A DNA stretch of 64,000 nt. It comes from Octopus vulgaris. Taxonomy: Eukaryota. The stretch's first letter is position 1. Every line of letters starts with the position of its first letter. The notes beneath the pieces were generated by a model that was not told the DNA's origin, made no database searches, and saw only the letters and a list, made by a program, of their open reading frames with translations. The position numbers were made by a program, and so were the translations under genes. Shown here piece by piece: positions 1 through 64,000 of the stretch. Location of the stretch: contig OX597821.1 in assembly GCA_951406725.2 (NCBI GenBank), forward strand, positions 80,972,001-81,036,000, given 5' to 3'.

Positions 1-469
1 CATAGAAGTTAACAGAATTTGATTGCAGAGAATCACACATTGCTGGAACTTCCAAACCAAACTGGATCTCTCTCTCTCCCACCACTAATCACTCAACCAT
101 GAAAGCGGACACCTTTTGCCAGCCGGATACATTAAGGAAAGCAGAGTTTATTGGTCTCTGTCAATAAACAAACTGGAACTGGCTGCAGTAATAAACATGG
201 GACTCTGGAATGTGACCAGCTGGAGCAGAGCTATTTCTAATGTTTGGTTACTTATAGCTTACTATAGTGTTTGAAGCATGATAGAGTGTGATGTGAAGTA
301 AAGTGAGGTGGGATCCAGGGTAAAGGTGTGCCAAAGTGTAATTGCACTTCATGTAATTAGTGAAGTTCAGAATTATCTACACCAGCATGGTGGCATGTGA
401 TAGAGTGAATTGTACTGTCACAGAGCAGAATGTGGTACAGTGTGGTTTCGTATATGATATAGCTTCATT

Positions 470-546
470 TAGCATGAGGTGCCTGTGGTATAGCGTGAGG
501 TGTTTGTGGTACAGCGTGAGGTGTTTGTGGTACAGCGTAAGGTGTG
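470..546. repeat. 21-bp minisatellite (GTGAGGTGTTTGTGGTACAGC) x~3.5
   Basis: Direct tandem units; produces the RCLWYSV repeat in ORF 360-632. Confidence 0.8.
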
Positions 547-547
547 A

Positions 548-868
548 AAGCATGTGGCTAAATGGTTTGGGGTGTTTGGTTCATGATCGTAAGGTCATGA
601 GTTCAATTCCTGGTGGCATATTGTGTCCTTGAGCAAGACTCTTTGTTTCAAGTTGCTCCAGTCCACTCAGGTGGCAAAAGTTAGTTGTACCTGTAATACA
701 AAAGGACCAGCCTTGTAACATTGTGTCACATTGGATCTCCCTGAGAACTACACGAAGGGTACATGTGTCTGTGGTGTACTCAGCCATTTGCTCATTAATT
801 TCATGACCAGGCTGTTCAGCTGATCAGATCAGCTGGAACACTCACCATCATAACCAACAGAGCACCAG
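548..868 (+). mobile_element. tRNA-derived SINE with CORE-like middle
   Basis: A-box-like TGGCTAAATGG, B-box-like GAGTTCAATTCC, GTGTCCTTGAGCAAGAC..CTCCAGTCCACTCAG; related copies at ~14205-14530 (+) and ~61450-61775 (-). Confidence 0.75.
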
Positions 869-1085
869 CTTTATAGCATGATGCAGAATGGTATGGTTTT
901 GTTACAAAATAGTTGGCATGGGGGGTGGGTGATATAGCATGACATTGTGTTTACAGCATAAAGTGGTGCGCTACCATATGATGTGGGGTAGTGAAGGTCA
1001 ACATGGTTTGCTGTTGCACAGTGTCAAGAGGGTTGGATAACAGGTTATAACGGAGCTTTTAGAAAATGTGATAATAAATAATTAC

Positions 1086-59606
<58,521 letters not shown>

Positions 59607-60798
59607 TTATAAGCCATGTGTGTGCATTTGTATAAATGAGCTTGTACGAGAGGAAGATTTATGTAAACATGTACGATAGTATCTGTATCTTTTTGATTGG
59701 TTATGGAAACTCTACACCCATAGAGTACAAATTACATATCGAGAACAGTGCAAGTGTTGCATTGTAAAGAAGAAGAAAAAAAAGGCATTCATTCACTAAC
59801 ATGCAATTAACCAGCAACTTACTGCCACATTGTGCAATTGTATATAATTTCCCAAGAAGGAATGTGTAATAAATGATTGGGTAATGCAGAAAGACACAGA
59901 ATATAACTTAACTAGAATATACTTTCCTCATTCACTCATCATTATCATTTCAATGTTCACTTTTCCATGCTTGTCTGCATTGGACAGAGTTTACTGAAGT
60001 GCATTTTTTATGGTTGGGTGCCATTCCTGTAGTCAACCTGCACCTGTTTCCAAGTAAGCTACAATTTCCCCATGACCAGGCATGTTTACACAGAAGACTG
60101 GCAACCAAGGATACCATTTGCATGACGGTGACACTTGCTTCTACTTATCGTGCAATGTCAAGACAAAGAGACACACACACACATTTATTTCATTTGCAAC
60201 AAACAATACCAGGATTTCTGACTCGAGTCAAATATAACAAAAACAGCTCTAAATTGTTGGTAGAATGTCGGCATGAGTGGATTCAATACCAGCTAAGTTT
60301 GTACTGGCATCAAGTCATAGAAGTTGTAATAATGAAGTCAAACGAAATAGTGATATTTTGAAATTATTTTATATGCACATTTCAGGTTTGCATAATATAT
60401 ATATTAGGAAAGGCATCCATTATGTAAACGTCACTCCATTAAAGCATTTCCAAATTTTGAAATGCTTTAACCGAGGAAGGTGTATGCTATGGATGTATTT
60501 ACCTATTAAATATTATGCAAACCTGAAGTGTATGTATTAAATTATTTCAAAATCTCATTCATCATCATCATCATCATTGAGTGTTCTGAATCCAGGTTTT
60601 GTCTTCGTTAACAGGGATGGCCAGATTTACCTCAATGCCATAGCAACCGAGGTAAGCAGGTGCAGCCCACCCCAACCTTTGGGATGGCTGGTGCCCATCC
60701 TCCTTTGCATGCTCTCTTTTACTTGCTTCAGTCATTTGACGTAAACACACAAGCATCGGTTGTCAAGCGATGTTTGGGGAGAAAACACAGACACACAA

Positions 60799-60835
<37 letters not shown>

Positions 60836-63785
60836 CAACGGGCTTCTTTCAGTTTTCGTCTACCGCAAAGCGTTGGTCAGCCCGAGGCTATAGTAGAAGA
60901 CACTTGCCCAAGGTGCCACACAGTGGGACTGAACCCGGAACTATGTGGTTCATAAGCAAGCTACTTACCACACAGCCACTCCTACGCCTATCATGAGGCT
61001 TTTTTGGAGCTGGATTTTCTATGGGGAGCATGCCCTTGCTTACCCCCAACCTTAGTTTCTATACATGAGTGGTCCCAAGACCAAGGCCTCTACCATGATT
61101 TTTAAGAAATGTGGTGGAAAACTAGCACAGGAAGGCAGGGATGTTACTCCCTGAGATCCCTTTCAGAGCCCCCCTACCAAATCCATTCACATGGCTTTGG
61201 TTGGCTTGGAGCTGTAGAAGAAGACACTTGCCCAAGTTGCCCCACAATGGGGCTGAACCTGAAAGCATGTAACTGGAAAGCAAACTTCTCACCTCATAGC
61301 CACACCTGAACCTACAACCCACACCTGTGTCTATAACCACACCTGCATTGGCAGATGCATCTACTGCTCCCACCAATCCCTTTCTCCCCAGTAGCTGCAT
61401 AAAATTTTCCACTGACTCCACCCTACTACAAACAAAGGTACTATCCACTTTCAGAACTAAACAGGGGGTTCCATCAGTCATGATGACGAGGCTTCCAGTT
61501 GATCCGATCAATGGAACAGCCCCTGCTCATGAAATTAATGTGCAAGTGGCTGAGTACTCCACAGACAGGTGTACCCTTGATGTAGTTCTCAAGGAGATTC
61601 AACATGACACACAATGTAACAAGGCTGGCCTTATGAATTACATGTGCAATTCGTTTTTGCCAGCTGAATGGATTGGAGCAACTTGAAATAAAGTGTCTTG
61701 CTCAAGGATACAATGTGGTTCCAGGAATGAAACTCACATGAGCTGAATACCTTGACCACAAAGCCACACACCTTCCCTTTGAGAAGCACTATGCAAAACA
61801 GTCAAATGTAAAATAAGAGCAGAACTTATTACTAGCCAGTGAACAGGTTTCAGGTTTCAAGTTATGACCCTAACATCACAGCCATTCTGCTGCCCATTAT
61901 AGCAGTGTAGAAAATATATAAAACAAAATAAATTTAAAAAATCATTGCAATCCACATTACATTTCTACATTTACTTGTTTAAACAAGACATGTGCTGGCA
62001 ATTTGATACAATCTTTGTAAGCCTATTATCAAAAGTAAAATACACAGGTAACGGATTAGCATTGCTGTGATGCAATGACAAACAAGTTAATCACAGTAAT
62101 GACAATTCTAACAGTTAATCACAGTTGCCGGTCTGCCTGACACTGCACTGAGACAATAACATTTATTAATTAAACACGAAATCACAGGTATTAAAAGTGA
62201 ATAGTGAAACCCTAATGATATCAGTTAATGAACCTTATCACTAAGTCTAGTAAAATAAACACACAATTATATCTTTCTTGGGTACAAGCATTTTTTTTTT
62301 TTCTGAAGAAATGCAGTCAAGTTAATCGAATTAACATCACACCACTGCAGATCCTTATATATGTGTGTGTGTATGTGTGTTCACATGTGTGTACTTGTGT
62401 TGGCATCATGTGATAGTTGTAAATGACTGTCACTGTCATACAAGCAGTGTCATTCCTTCCCAATATTCTTTGTAAACATGTCTGGCTGTGGGGAAACATT
62501 ACCTTGTTTAGAAACTGGAGAGGGTTAACGACAGAAAGAGGCCTCCAGCAATAGAAAATCTGCCTCAATAAACTCTATCCAGCCCATGCAAATATAGAAA
62601 ACTGGACAGTAAAACGATAAGGACTGTAATTTTGTTGACCTCATGAAGAGGCGCAGTAAAGTTGACCTCAGGAGATCTTAAACTCTAAAGATACAGTAAA
62701 ATATTTAGGATGGTGCAACAGTTGTATTGTAAAAAAATTTTAAAAGCCATCCATTAACGAGCAACTCACTGCCACACTGTGCTCATCATCATAATCATCA
62801 TCACCGTTAACATCTGCTTTCCATGCTGGCATGGGTTGGACAGTTTGACAGGAGCTGGCCAGGCAGACTACACTGAACTTCTGTCTCTGTTTTGGCATGG
62901 CTTTTTACAGCTGGATGCTCCTCCTAACACAGAGTCCACTCTGCAGAGTGGACTCGGTGCTTTTTACGTGACACCAGCACAAATGAGGTTAGGTTTGGCA
63001 TGATTTTTACAGCTGGATGCCCTTCCAAATGCCAACCACTTTGCAGTGTGGTTTGGATGCTTTTTAAATGGCACCAGCACTGGCAGGGTCACCAAGTACC
63101 TTGCAAGACAAAGATCCAGAGGAGGAGGGGGCACTGGAGAAGGTAATATTGTGCCAAATGATGAACGGTTAGAGTGTGTCAGAGACAGAAACAGGTGTCT
63201 TACCGTAGGGGAGGTACGCACTATTGCATATAATTCCCCAAGAAGGAAAGTGTAGTTCACATCGACCCCAGTACTCATCTGGTACTTGATTTATCAACCC
63301 CGAATGGATGAAAGGCAAAGTTGACCTTGGCAGAATTTGAACTCAGAATGTAATGATGAACGAAATGCTGCCAAGCATTTTGCCCAGCATGCTAACAGTT
63401 CTACCAGCTTGCTGTCTTAAATGATAATAATAACGGTGGTGGCGGCGATGATGATGATGGTGGTAACGATGACAACAGAAATTTAAGAGAAAGAGTAGTT
63501 GACTACTACCAGTACTTGAATGGCACTTTATTTTATTAAACCAGGGAGGATGAAAGGCAAAGTTGACCCCAGCACTCCTATTGCCACAAGCTCACAGATT
63601 TGTATGGGAAAGTGAGAGTAATGGTAGCTGAATGAACCTCCAACACATGCCTGGTATTTATTTTTATCAACCATAGAAGAGTCAAAATTAACTGTGGTGA
63701 GATTTTGATACAGGAAAAAAAACCAAAAACCTGAATAAATACTTCAAGACATTACCGATTCCATACTATTTTACCACTCTACCAG

Positions 63786-63995
63786 TAGATCATAAGATTG
63801 TGGTTTCGATTCCTGGACTGGGCGACACGTTGTGTTCTTGAGCAAAACACTTTGCTCCAGTCCACTCAGCTGGCAAAAATGAGTAACGCTGCGATGGACT
63901 GGCGTCCCGTCCAGCTGGGGAACACATACACCATAGAAACCGGGAAACTGGGCCCATGAGCCTGGCTAGGCTTTAAAAGGGTGCATTTATTTATT
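63786..63995 (+). mobile_element. 5'-truncated young tRNA-derived SINE
   Basis: GGTTTCGATTCC B-box, CORE-like middle, same 3' tail as the 13830-14134 SINE. Confidence 0.8.
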
Positions 63996-64000
63996 ACTCT

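Overview
AT-rich, microsatellite- and SINE-dense animal genomic DNA; the repeat landscape suggests an octopus (inference, not database-checked). The whole window lies inside one minus-strand Rho-associated coiled-coil kinase (ROCK/rok) gene. I reconstructed 21 GT-AG exons by hand (59553 down to 1086; 2632 nt, all phases compatible, no stops). They cover the end of the kinase domain, the AGC C-terminal tail, coiled coil/Shroom-binding region, Rho-binding domain and the first half of the split PH domain; both gene ends lie outside the window. Introns hold Penelope-like, RTE LINE and mariner/Tc1 remnants, hAT- and piggyBac-type MITEs, tRNA-derived SINEs and minisatellites. Best second-look items: a hammerhead-ribozyme-like motif with a long stem II behind a SINE-split Penelope 3' end (4876-4966), a near-perfect ~113-bp inverted duplication around a Tc1-like fragment (40353-41045), and a 24-bp minisatellite that reads as repeated CAG|GTATGT splice junctions in a phase-0 intron (22899-23352). 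No prokaryotic-type system, CRISPR array or intact autonomous element is supported.
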